A stretch of 52,822 bases of DNA, the filler included, from Cetorhinus maximus (taxonomy: Eukaryota): NCBI RefSeq assembly GCF_964194155.1. It is 4 parts of 4 records of this genome, joined end to end, with 100 filler letters (N's around TTAATTAATTAA, not from the genome) between each part and the next. Parts side by side here need not be neighbours in the genome. Positions count along the whole stretch, not along the records: positions 34,060 to 45,811 come from NC_135909.1; positions 45,912 to 52,822 come from NC_135882.1; 2 more parts are not named here. One strand, 5' to 3'. Both the position numbers and the translations under genes were made by a program. Position 1 is the stretch's first letter; every line of letters starts with the position of its first letter. Below, one piece after another: positions 35,435 to 47,307 of this stretch. The notes below the pieces were generated by a model that had not been told where the DNA came from, searched no databases, and worked only from the letters and a program-made list of their open reading frames with translations.

Positions 35435-37620
35435 CAGAATCACAGAATGGTTACACTGCACGAGGCCATTCAGCCCATTGTGCCTGTACCGGCCTTCTGA
35501 TTGAGGATTTCACCCAGTGCCATTCTCCTGCCTTCTCCAGCAACCCTGCAGATTGTTTCTTTTCAAATAATCATCCAATTCCCTTTGTGAAAGCCTCGAT
35601 TGAACCTGCCCCCACCACACTCTGAGGCAGAGCATCCCAGACTCGCTGTGAGATAAAGTTTCTCCTCCTGTCGCTTTTGCTTCTTTTATCAATGACTTCA
35701 AATCTGTGCCCACTCGTTCTCGATCCTTTCGCAAGTGGGAACAGTTTCCCCCCTATCGACTCTGTCCAGACCCCTCACGGTTTTGAACACCTCTTATCAA
35801 ATCCCCTCTCGGCCTTCTCCTCTCCAAGGAAAACAGTCCCAACGTCTCCAATCTTTCCTCATAACTGAAGTTCCTCATCCCTGGAACCATTCCCCTGAAT
35901 CTTTTCCGCACCCTCTCCAGTGCTTTCACATCCTTCCTACAGTGCGGTGCCCGGGACTGGACACAATACTCCAGCTGAGGCCCAACGAGTGACTGATACA
36001 ATCTCAACATAACCTCCATGCCCCTATTAATAAAGCCTAGGATACTGTACGCTTTATTAACTGCTCTCTCAACCTGCCCTGCCACCTCCAATAGTTTATG
36101 CACATATACACCCAGGTCCCTCTGCTCCTGCACCCCCTTTAGGGTTGTAGCCTTTATTTTATACTGTGTCTCCATGTTCTTCCGACCAAAATGTATCAGC
36201 TCACATTTCTCCGCGTTGAACTACATCTGCCACTTGTCTGCCCATTCCACTAACCGGTCCGTGTCATTTTGAAATTGTACGCTACCCTCCTCAGAGTCCA
36301 CGCAAATCTTGCAGTTGTTCCCTGTACACCAAAGTCTAGATAGATCATTAATATACATCAGGAAAAGCAAGGGTCCCAACACTGATCCCTGGGGAACTCC
36401 ACTACAAACCTTCCTCCAGCCCGAAAAACATCCATTAACCACTACGCTCTGTTTCCTGTCACTCGGCCAATTCTGTATCCATGTCGCTACTGCTCCTTTT
36501 AATCCAGGAGCTATAACTTTGCTCACAAGTCTGTTGTGTGGCACCGTATCGAATGTCTTTTGGAAGTCCATGTACATCACGTCAACCGCATTGCCCTCAT
36601 CAACCCTCTCTGTTACCTCATCAAAAATCTCCAGCCAGTATGACTTTCCTCTTAAGAAATCCATGCTCACTCTCATTAGTTAACCCACATTTGTCCATGT
36701 GACTATTAATTTTATACCGAATTAGAGTTTGTAGAGGTTTACACCCACCACCGAAGTTAAACTGACTGGTCTGTAACTGCTGGGCTTATCCTTGCACACT
36801 TTTTTGAACAAGGGTGTAACCTTTGCCATTCTCCAGTCCTCTGACATCACCTAAGTCTGAATCTAAGGAAGACTGGAAAATTGTGGCCAGTGCCTACGCA
36901 ATTTCCACTCTCACTTCCCTCAGTATCCTTGGACGCATCTCATCCAGTCCCAGTGCCCTATCCACTTGACGTACAGACAGCCTATCCAATGCCACCTCTT
37001 TATCAATTTTAAACCCTTCTAAGTGACTGAATTTCCTCCCCTGTCACCATGACCTGGTTAGCACCTTCTTCCTTGGTAAAGACTAGGGCAAAGTATTCAC
37101 TGGATACCTCATCCATGCCCCTTGCCTCCATGTGTGTTGGTTCCTAATCGGTCCTAATCCTCCTTTAAACCACCCTTATACTATTTATATGCCTATAGAA
37201 GACTTTGGGATTCCCTTGTCTGTTAGCTGCCAGTCTCTTCTCATACTCCCTCTTTGCTTCTCTTATTTGCTTCTTCACCTCCCCTCTGACCTCCTGTAGT
37301 CAGCTTGGTTCTCAATTATATTTTCTACCTGACATCTGTCATAAGCACACTTTTTCTTCTTTATCTTAATAGCTACCTCCTTTATCATCCAGGGAACTCT
37401 GGAGTCGTTACCCTACCTTACCCTTTCGAGGGAATATACCTTGACTGTGCCCGAACCATCTCTTCTCTGAAGGTAGCCCATCGTTCAGCTACCATTTTTC
37501 CTGCCAACCTTTGGCTCCAATTTATTTGGCCCAGATCTGTTCTTACCCCATCGATGTTGGTTTCCCCCCCACCCCGTCAACTTTCCTTACTCTGGATTGT
37601 TATTTGTCCTTTTTCATAGT
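35435..37620 (-). mobile_element. CR1 LINE (~2.2 kb) in BSCL2 intron 6
   Basis: VDVMYMDFQKTFDTVPH..GVPQGSVLGPLLFLMYINDL; QLEYCVQ; CR1 3' tail at 35435. Confidence 0.92.
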
Positions 37621-38149
37621 CAGCCTAAACCTTACGATACAATGATCAGTGTCCCCTAAATCTTCTCCCGCTGACACTCGATTAAAAGACCCACCTCCCA
37701 AAAAAAAATAGAATAACCAGTCGCTAATCCCATTGGCAATTCGTGTGATCTTACTGTGCACAAAATGGCTGCTGATGGTACCTGCATGTTCAGTGTTGAG
37801 CACCAAGCGAACTTAGGTTGAACTTAAGTTCGCTTTCACCCACCCCACCAGATCCCACAATGTTCCCACCAGCACCACCCACCCTGCCCCGCAACCCCAC
37901 ATGGGGGTCCCTGAATGCGCCAAGCACACTGCCACCACCTCATTCCCAAGCACAAGCTGTTTGACTGTGTGTGGCTTCACAATGGTGGTGCCTAACTCAT
38001 CCCCTGCCTGAGGGCTCAACGCAAGAGGTCATTGTGCTGTGGTGTGGTGTTGGCAGTGGTGGGGAGGAAGCCTTGGCAGATTGGGCGGGGGAGAGAGAGA
38101 TGGGCAAATGTGTGGCCCAGGAGGAGGTGAAAAGCTCGTTTGAGCTGAT

Positions 38150-38560
38150 AACTAGAAAGACTTGCATTTCTATAGCACCTTTCACCACCACGGGGCGTCC
38201 CAAAGCATTTTACAGCCAGCGAAGTGCTTTTTGAAGTGTAGTCAACTCATGCAATGTAGGAAAAGCAGCAGCCAATTTGCACACAGCAAGATCCCACAAA
38301 CAGCAATGCGATTAATGACCCAGATCACCTGTTTTTAGTGATGTTGGTGGAAGGATAAACATTGGGCCCCAGGACACCGGGGAGAACCTGATCTTTCCAA
38401 TAGCGGCCGTGTGAGATCTTTTACGCTCACCTGAGGGGGGCAGACGGGGACCTCGGTTTGAAATCTCATCCAAAAGACGGCGCCTCTGACAGTGCAGCCG
38501 TCCCTCAGCGCTGGAACTGGGACTGTCAGCCTGGGTGTTTCTGCTTAGGTCTCTGGAGTG
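38150..38560 (-). mobile_element. Deu-domain SINE
   Basis: aaagacttgcatttctatagc..ttacagcc..gcaagatcccacaaacagcaat (reverse of the family consensus seen at 640 and 19050). Confidence 0.75.
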
Positions 38561-39141
38561 GGGACTTGACCCCCCCACAATTTCTGACTCTGAGGCGAGA
38601 GGGAGAGACAGACAGAGATACCCATGGAGGCAACGACTGAAATAAGCTTTGAACCAGCAGTTAAAATTCTAACGCTGACTAATTCGCGTCTGTTCAGTGG
38701 AAGCGTAACCATGGCAACTGTGGCCTGGAGGAAGGTGGGGTGAGAGCAAGCCATCCCTAGCGGCAGCTCCTGTGACTTCTGCTGACTATAATTGGAAACG
38801 CATCATGGTGCAGAAGAGGCGATTCGATTCTTGCTTTCTGCAAACCACCAACCCCACCCCCTGCACTCCCACAAATGACCCCGAACAGGACACAGAAGTG
38901 GCAAAAACGCCATCGAGAAACACGCTCCCTCCCCCCCACCCACCCACCCACCCACCCCCCCGTCCTGATTACAGGCCAGATATTCCCTGCCACGCAGTGG
39001 GCGCTGGGAGTGGGAGGACATCGGGGCCCAGCCGCGATGCCCCACCCAGTCGAATAGCAGGGGGGGGCTAACCGCCCTTTACTCTTGGTCCCCGCGATCG
39101 CCGACCCGCAGTGAAAGCACCGGCCGCTGGGCCCTTTTTAC

Positions 39142-39239
39142 CTGATGCCTGTGAAGTGCGCGTGGATCTGCAGCTGCGCCCTGTAAATCTCAATGCGTTT
39201 GGTCTGGATCTCGATCACGGCTCCGATCGTCGGTGTGTA
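39142..39239 (-). CDS. BSCL2: Seipin exon 6
   Basis: [33 protein letters not shown] versus human [33 protein letters not shown]; 98 nt, AG/GT boundaries. Confidence 0.95.
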
Positions 39240-39799
39240 CTGCCCGGAGGAAAGAAGCAGACGGTCAGACCCCCTTTCGGACACGATAACTCGGAATTCA
39301 GTGGGGGTGGGGGGGGTAGGGGGAGTGGGGCCACTGTGGGTTCAAGCCTCACAGGCCAAAACAAAAAAAAAACACGAGCGCAGTCCGTCCAGGCCGACAC
39401 TACCAGGGCCCGAGGGAACGCTGCGTCGCCGGACGCGGAGTCGAAACGAGGCCCCCCGGGATGTTCAACAGCATCCCCTCCGGCGGCCTCAAATCGCCGG
39501 CAGCCGGTCGTCCAATCATACTGTCGCTTGCGGGATCTTGCTGTGTGGCAAAATGGCTGCCGCGTTTCCTACATTACGGCAGTGAGCGCGCTTCGAAAAG
39601 CCCTTCGCTGGCTGTGAGGCGCTTTTTGGGGAGGGCGGAGAGGGGAGAGGGGGGTGGGTCGTCCTGAGGCGGCGGGAGGCGTTCCGGAAATGCGGGACTC
39701 CTGCCGTCGCCAACACTTGACTTAACCGAGATTTAACCGGGATTGGGTCAGGGAGGAGGGAGGCCGCACAAGGAGGCCGGCCGGAAAAAGCTGGGAACG

Positions 39800-40150
39800 T
39801 TCTCCTTCGTCTGGAGCGGGTTAAGAGGGAGATTTAATCGGGAGGTTTAAAATCACGGAGGGGCGGGGTTTGGATAGAGCGAATCAGGGGAAACTGTTCC
39901 CAGCGGCAGGAGGGTCGGTAACCAGAGGGGGACACAGATTGAGGAGAATCGGGACAAGAGCCAGAGGGGGAGATGAGGAGAATGTTTTTTTGACGCAGCG
40001 AGTTGCTGTGATCTGGAAGGCGCTGCCTGAAAGGGCGGCGGAAGCAGATTCAATAGGGACTTTCAAAAGGGGGAATTGGATAAATACTTATATAAGAAAC
40101 GTGCGGGAATGAGGGGGAAAGAATAGCTGTTCCAGATGGGCCAAGTGGCC
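39800..40150 (+). mobile_element. GC-rich CR1 3' fragment
   Basis: DRANQGKLFP..TRGGHRLR..FLTQRVAVIWKALP. Confidence 0.8.
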
Positions 40151-40496
40151 TCTGATTGAGCTGTAGGTGGGGGATAATGTTACCTAAGTTGGACGATGAG
40201 CACAAGCATTGAGTGAGGTTAAACACGAGGGGAGGGGAGGAGAAACAGGACCGATACTGACTTTCAGAGAAAGCCCGTGGTGGGTTTAAGTGGAGGGTGG
40301 GCGGGTGGAGGAGGGAGAGGTTCATGAAAAGCCGCTGAGAGAATTTAGCGCTCGCCCGGGCTCTGCGTTGGGGCAGAGTAAAGGTCTCATCTTCCTGACC
40401 GCAAATCGTGTCCAACCCAAAGACATACACACAGCGCAGGCATGTAGGCGCACTCAGAGAGAGCAGAGCTGGTGTTTCTCTCTCCCCTTTCCTTAC

Positions 40497-40631
40497 CGAA
40501 TCCTCCTGGTAGTCGGAGTATAGCTCAATCTCGACCACCTGGGTCTGCTCCACCAGCCCCGTGATGAAAAGCGGGGCGTACACCATCGTGTCCAGAGTCT
40601 GCAGCAACCACGATTTATAATGTAACATCGC
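40497..40631 (-). CDS. BSCL2: Seipin exon 5
   Basis: AMLHYKSWLLQTLDTMVYAPLFITGLVEQTQVVEIELYSDYQEDS; 135 nt, CAG/GTAAG. Confidence 0.96.
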
Positions 40632-40660
40632 CTGATGGGAGACAAGGCACAGGGCGGGTT

Positions 40661-40861
40661 ACACGTGCCCTCTCGCCCGCACACGCGCCCTCTCGCCCGC
40701 CCACACGCCCTCTCGCCCGCCCACGCGCCCTCTCGCCCGCCCACGCGCCCTCTCGCCCGCCCACGCGCCCTCTCGCCCGCCCACGCGCCCTCTCGCCCGC
40801 CCACGTGCCCTCTCGCCCGCCCACGTGCCCTCTCACCCGCCCACGTGCCCTCTCGCCCGCA
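40661..40861 (+). repeat. 20-bp CpG-rich VNTR (CCACGYGCCCTCTCGCCCGC) x10
   Basis: Directly visible; about 30 nt from the exon 5 acceptor. Confidence 0.95.
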
Positions 40862-41277
40862 CTCTCTCTCACACGTGGGCACAGACGCCAATATTTCTCC
40901 CTCAACCAACACCACAAAAAAAAAGCAAACCAGATGATATGGGTCATTATCACATGGCTCTTTGTGGGATCTTGTCTACTACACGACGACAGTGACTACA
41001 CATCATAGAAATATTTCATTGGCCGTGAAGCGCTTCGAGCCTAAGGAATAGGAGCCGGGGAAGGCCATTCAGCCCCTCAAGCCTGCTGCACCACTCAATA
41101 AGATCATGGCTGATCGTCCCTGCCCTCGGCTACACCTTCCCGACCATTCCCCGAATTTCCAAGGCTCTGCATTCGAGGCACCCCCCACCATCCCCACCCC
41201 CACCCACCCGCCCCCCCACCAACCCCAAGGCTGTATAAACGCCCGTTTGCTGCCTTTTGCTTGCCGAGGGGACTCAC

Positions 41278-41421
41278 CGATCTGGAGACGCTGGAGATCT
41301 CTCCGCCGCCCTTTGTGTAACACGCCATGCGCACCATGAACATTCCCAGGTTCTGATTGATGGGAGACTCCGGCATGAGGAGTCGGAGAGAGATTCGATA
41401 GGGCTGTCCGTACGTCATCAC
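41278..41421 (-). CDS. BSCL2: Seipin exon 4
   Basis: [48 protein letters not shown] with the seipin PESPxN..GMF signature; 144 nt, CAG/GTGAG. Confidence 0.97.
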
Positions 41422-42104
41422 CTGGGGCAAAAAAAAAAGACAAAAAAATAAAAGTGGAAGGAAGGAAGGAAGGAAGCGTCGACGGGAAAAATCAAAGCCT
41501 CTCGTCTCCCCCCTCCCGCTGCTGTCGCGAGGACCCAGATTTCTCCACTGACCGGCACGGAACTTTCCGGAGCCTCACTGGAGCCGAGGCGAGGCACTGA
41601 GCTGATTTTAAAATGAGCGCTGGGTGCTTGCGGCCTGTTTGGCTGAAGGCTCGAGGAAACCGCTTTAGATTTCTCCCCCCACACTCCCCACACCCCCACA
41701 GGTGTCTGTCATGGCCACTGTCCCTGTTAAGCCGCTGGTTCGGACTGGCCGTCTCTGCATTGCCTTCATGAGGAACCCGTTATCGACCGGGACAGAGGTG
41801 GCATCTTCGAAGAGGCAAGTGTATATCTAGCAGCACCCCTCCCCCTCCCTCCCCCCCGCCCGCCTTCAGCTGCCTGAGGGCCCCCGAGCTCTGGAATTCC
41901 CTCCCTCAGCCTCTCCGCCTCTCTCTCTCTCTCTCTCTCTCCCCCCTTAAGATGCTCCTTAAAACCTGCGCGTCTCCAAGCAAACTCCGCTCGAAGGTGG
42001 CAAATTTTGTCTGATAACGCCCCGGGTCAGGTGCCCCGGGATGTTTTATTATCTTTACGGCACTATATAAATGCAAGTCATTGTTGTTTTTAAACACAGG
42101 CCTT

Positions 42105-43110
42105 AGGAACAGGAGTGAGGCCATTCGGCCCCTCGAGCCTGCTCCGCCATTCGATAAGATCGCGGCTGATCTGATTGTGGCTCCACTTTCCCGCCTGTCC
42201 CCCTTGATCCTCGACTCCCTCGTCGATCAAAAATCTGTCTTAACTCGGCCTTGAACGTATTCAGTGACCCAGCCCCCACTGCTCTCTGGGAAGAGAACCC
42301 CCACAGACGAACGGCCCTCAGAGAGAAACAAATGTCTCCTCGTCTCCGTCTTAAAAGGAAGACCCCCTTATTCTTAAACTGTGCCCCCCACGTTCTGGTC
42401 TCTCCCACAAGTGAAAATATCTTCCCGGTATCCACCTTATAGGAGGAGGCGGTGGCGTAGTGGTATTGTCGCTGGACTAGTAATCCAGAGATCCAGAGTA
42501 ATGCTCTGGGGACCCGGGTTTGAGTCCCATCCATGGTGGAATTTGAATTCAGTAAAAATCTGGAATTAAAAAGTCTGATGATGACCGTGAAACCATTGTC
42601 GCTTGTTGTAAAAACCCATCTGGTTCACTAATGTCCCTTTAGGGAAGGAAATCTGCCGTCCTTCCCTGCATGTGACTCTCCAGACCCACAGCTATATGAA
42701 CAAGGGCAATAAACGCTGGATGGACAAATAAATGATATGTTTCAAATAAGATCACCTCTCAGCTGTTCAACCTTTCTTCCGAAGATAAGCCCCTCATCCC
42801 AGGAATGAGTCGAGTGAAGCAATTTATATCTTTTTTTCAAATAAGGAGGTCAAACTGTATGTAGTTCTCCAGATGTGCTCCCACAGCTGCAGTAAAGCCT
42901 CCCTACGTTTAGATTCCATTCCCTTGCAATAAACATTCCATCTGCCTTCCTTTCTGACTTTGTGATTCTGACATCCAGATCCCTCCGTATCTCTCTCCAT
43001 TTAAATAGTACACTGCTTTTCTATTCTTTCCTTCCCAAAGTGGACAAGTCCCCGCCCCCATTTTCCCCCACATTATGGTCCGTCTGCCAAATTTTTGCCC
43101 ATTCACTTAA
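42105..43110 (-). mobile_element. CR1 fragment interrupted by a tRNA-derived SINE (42445-42730, plus strand)
   Basis: KVDTGKIFSLVGETRT; SINE A-box TGGCGTAGTGG and B-box-like GGGTTTGAGTCCC. Confidence 0.8.
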
Positions 43111-43414
43111 CCTGTCCTCGTGTTCACACACGCGTGATTCACACGTGATCTTCTGGGTATCTGATTGTCCTGGAAATGAGGGGGAAAGTGTAAGGTGGGA
43201 GGGGGTGTGCGGTAAAGAATTTGCAAGAATCTTTCCCCTTATTGGCCCTGGGGGGGAGGGGTTCAGTCTCTGCAGTTTCTGTCCCTTCTGGGAATTCAGA
43301 TGGACGCGGAAGGTCGAGAGTCGGTGGTGGGAGTAGGAAGTAGTTTGGTCATGATTCTCACGGCGTGACATCTGGCCCTCTCCTGCCCGGCAGTTTCTTA
43401 AGTCGGATTAAGGT

Positions 43415-43920
43415 ACAAACATAAGAAGTGGAGGAGTAGGGCCATTCGGCCCCTCGAGCCTGCTTCGCTACCCAGTAAGATCACGGCTAATCTCCTACGA
43501 CTCCGCTTTCCCACCCCCCCGACCCCCATCTCCCGATTCCTTCGGTACCCAAAAATCTCTCGGTCTCGGTCTTGAATCCGCTCGGCGACTGAGCGTCCAC
43601 AGCCCCTCTGGGATGGAGAATTCCAAGACTCACCGCCCCCTGAGCGAATAAACGTCTCCTCACTGCAGGCCAAAATGGCCGACCCCTTTATACTGAGACC
43701 GTGCTCTGGACTCTGCTGCCTGGTGGGCGGGACATCGACTCTGTCAAACTCTCGAAGAATTTTAGACGCTTCAAGGAGCGGACAAGTTCATTCAAGACCG
43801 AGATAGATTTTGGATCCTGAGGGATAGGGCGAGACCGAGGCAGAAGACCTGCCATGATCTTCTGGAACAGCGAAGCAGGCTCGAGGGGCTGAATGGCCTT
43901 CTCCTCTTATGTTCTTCTAA
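43415..43920. mobile_element. CR1 3' tails in both orientations
   Basis: ggccattcggcccctcgagcctgc hairpin and its reverse at ~43880. Confidence 0.7.
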
Positions 43921-44089
43921 GATAGCTGCCTTCTGTTTCCGTATTGTTGTTTTGGTAAATTAAATAAGATCTGATGTGATGCTATATCGCCCTCGATGAC
44001 CAAAGCTCATGGAGCCATTGGGACAGTTAGATCCATATTACCATTGGCGCAGGGTAAGGGGAGATATCTGTGGCTATGGGGAGCTTTTT

Positions 44090-44755
44090 CTAATTTATTT
44101 GCTCACAGGAAGTAAGCGTCGCTGGCTGGGCCCAGCATTTATTGCCCATCCCTAACTGCCCCTTGAGAAGGTAGGGGTGAGCCGCCTTCTTGAACTGCTG
44201 CAGTTCCTGTAGTGTAGGTACACCCACAGTGCTGTTAGGGAGGGAGCTCCAGGATTTTGACCCAGCGACAGTGAAGGAACGGCCGATATATTTCCAAGTC
44301 AGGATGGTGGGTGGCTTAGAGGGGAACTTCCAGATGGTGGTGTTCCCATGTGTCTGCTGCCCTTGTCCTTCTAGATGGTAGAGGTCATGGGTCTGGAAGG
44401 TGCTGTCGAAGGAGCCTTGGTGAGTTGCTGCAGTGCATCTTGTAGATGGTACACACACTGCTGCTACTGTGCGTCGGTGGTGGAGGGAGTGAATGTTTGT
44501 GGATGGGGTGCCAATCAAGCGGGGCTGCTTTGTCCTGGATGGTGTCGAGCTTCTTGAGTGTTGTGGGAGCTGCACTCACCCAGGCAAGTGGGGAGTATTC
44601 CATCACACTCCTGACTTGTGCCTTGTAGATGGTGGACAGGCTTTGGGGAGTCAGGAGGTGAGTTACTCGCTGCAGTATTCCCAGCCTCTGACCTGCTCTT
44701 GTAGCCACAGTATTTATGTGGCTGGTCCAGTTCAGTTTCTGGTCAATGGTAACCC
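44090..44755 (-). mobile_element. L2/Crack-type LINE 3' fragment
   Basis: GVTIDQKLNWTSHINTVATRAGQRLGILQRVTHLLTPQSLSTIYKAQVRSVMEYS. Confidence 0.9.
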
Positions 44756-44947
44756 CCCCACAAGGTGTTGATACCCTGTCAGGGATGAACTGGGTGGCAA
44801 AGTAATCGGAAAGGTTGGATTGAGGTTGAAGGACATGGATGGGGCTGGCCTCCAAACTCACAGCTGTCTTCATCCCTCAGCTTGTGTGCAAAAGGCCAAA
44901 CCCACTCGCTGGTTTGTCAGAGTCATCGAACTGCCTGTGGCCCTTAC

Positions 44948-45025
44948 CTTCTCTCTTCTGTTTCGGAGCAGAGACACATTCCTGTGGGATAGGAGCAGAG
45001 CGGGTCCTCAGAGTTACAGTCCGTC
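44948..45025 (-). CDS. BSCL2: Seipin exon 3 (apparent 1-nt frameshift near 44981)
   Basis: (R)TDCNSEDPLCSYPT / NVSLLRNRREK versus human [28 protein letters not shown]; 78 nt where 79 is needed for phase. Confidence 0.9.
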
Positions 45026-45164
45026 CTGTCCAATGAGAGCAGAAAGGTCATCAGGTGCCAGCAGGCTTCACTGGGGTGGTGGGGGTTGTGGTGGCGGGGG
45101 GGGTGGGATTGTGGGGGGCGGGGGGAGCAGAGCGAAGGTAGTGTGGTTGGTGGGGTGGGTTTAC

Positions 45165-45361
45165 CTGTAATTATAGTGGACTGGCGTGGTGAAGCTGACC
45201 GAGGGCATGTAACTATAGTAGAAGCTGCCATAAAGGAAGACCGACATCCAGATGAGCAGCAGGACCATGCTGACCAGGATCGCCGTCTGCAGGAGGGTCC
45301 GCTTCATCCGCAACATCAGCTCAGCCGCATGGTCCTGCATCCAGTTCAGATACTCGCTCAT
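45165..45361 (-). CDS. BSCL2: Seipin first coding exon (TM1); exon extends to the acceptor at 45387
   Basis: MSEYLNWMQD..RTLLQTAILVSMVLLLIWMSVFLYGSFYYSYMPSVSFTTPVHYNYR; FLYGSFYYSYMP seipin motif; AG|GTAA donor. Confidence 0.96.
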
Positions 45362-45811
45362 TCTCTCTCTCTCTCTCGCTCAGCCGCCTGCAAGGAGGAG
45401 AGAAGATCATTAAAAAACACGGCATTTTCTAGCGCCTTCCACAACCGCAGGGTGTAAAAAAGGTGCGGCGGGAGAGGGTTGGCGAGGGTGCGAGGGGGAG
45501 GTCAAGGGGGGGGGGGGAGAGAGAGGGGGGTAGGGGGAGAGAAAGAGCTGGGAGGGGAGGGTGAACGAGGAGGGGAGGGAGAATGAGGAGGGGGAGGGGA
45601 GGAGGAGGGAGGAGGGGAGGGAAGGGAGAGGGGAAGGAGGGAGGAGGGGANNNNNNNNNNNNNNNNNNNNNNNNNNNNNNNNNNNNNNNNNNNNNNNNNN
45701 NNNNNNNNNNNNNNNNNNNNNNNNNNNNNNNNNNNNNNNNNNNNNNNNNNNNNNNNNNNNNNNNNNNNNNNNNNNNNNNNNNNNNNTGGAGAGTGGGGAA
45801 GGAGGGTGGGG

Positions 45812-45911
45812 NNNNNNNNNNNNNNNNNNNNNNNNNNNNNNNNNNNNNNNNNNNNTTAATTAATTAANNNNNNNNNNNNNNNNNNNNNNNNNNNNNNNNN
45901 NNNNNNNNNNN
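45812..45911. other. Artificial 100-bp assembly spacer
   Basis: 44N + TTAATTAATTAA + 44N. Confidence 0.95.
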
Positions 45912-45914
45912 ACC

Positions 45915-45946
<32 letters not shown>

Positions 45947-47266
45947 GACCCCCTCTTCTCTCTCTCTCTCTCTCTCTCTCGACCCCCTCTTCTCTCTCTC
46001 TCTCTCTCTCGACCCCCTCTTCTCTCTCTCTCTGTCGACCCCCTCTTCTCTCTCTCTCTGTCGACCCCCTCTTCTCTCTCTCTCTCTCGACCCCCTCTTC
46101 TCTCTCTCTCTCTCGACCCCCTCTTCTCTCTCTCTCTCTCGACCCCCTCTTCTCTCTCTCTCTCTCGACCCCCTCTTCTCTCTCTCTCTCTCGACCCCCT
46201 CTTCTCTCTCTCTCTCTCGACCCCCTCTTCTCTCTCTCTCTCTCGACCCCCTCTTCTCTCTCTCTCTCTCGACCCCCTCTTCTCTCTCTCTCTCTCGACC
46301 CCCTCTTCTCTCTCTCTCTCTCGACCCCTCTTCTCTCTCGACCCCCTCTTCTCTCTCGACCCCCTCTTCTCTCTCGACCCCCNNNNNNNNNNNNNNNNNN
46401 NNNNNNNNNNNNNNNNNNNNNNNNNNNNNNNNNNNNNNNNNNNNNNNNNNNNNNNNNNNNNNNNNNNNNNNNNNNNNNNNNNNNNNNNNNNNNNNNNNNN
46501 NNNNNNNNNNNNNNNNNNNNNNNNNNNNNNNNTCTCTCTCTCTCGACCCCCTCTTCTCTCTCTCTCTCTCTCGACCCCCTCTTCTCTCTCTCTCTCTCTC
46601 GACCCCCTCTTCTCTCTCTCTCTCTCTCGACCCCCTCTTCTCTCTCTCTCTCTCGACCCCCTCTTCTCTCTCTCTCTCTCGACCCCCTCTTCTCTCTCTC
46701 TCTCTCGACCTCCTCTTCTCTCTCTCTCTCTCTCGACCCCCTCTTCTCTCTCTCTCTCTCTCTCTCTCGACCCCCTCTTCTCTCTCTCTCTCTCTCGACC
46801 CCCTCTTCTCTCTCTCTCTCTCGACCCCCTCTTCTCTCTCTCTCTCTCTCGACCCCTTCTTCACTCTCTCTGCCTCTCTCAACCCCCTCTTCACTCTCTC
46901 TGCCTCGCTCGACCCCCTCTTCACTCTCTCTGCCTCTCTCGACCCCCTCTTCACTCTCTCTCTCTCTCTCGACCCCCTCTTCACTCTCTCTCTCTCTCTC
47001 GACCCCCTCTTCACTCTCTCTCTCTCTACCCCCTCTTCACTCTCTCTCTCTCTCTCGACCCCCTCTTCACTCTCTCTCTCTCTCTCGACCCCCTCTTCAC
47101 TCTCTCTCTCTCTCTCGACCCCCTCTTCACTCTCTCTCTCTCTCGACCCCCTCTTCACGCTCTCTCTCTCTCTCGACCCCCTCTTCACTCTCTCTCTCTC
47201 TCGACCCCCTCTTCACTCTTTCTCTCTCTCGACCCCCTCTTCTCTCTCTCTCTCTCTCGACCCCCT

Positions 47267-47307
<41 letters not shown>

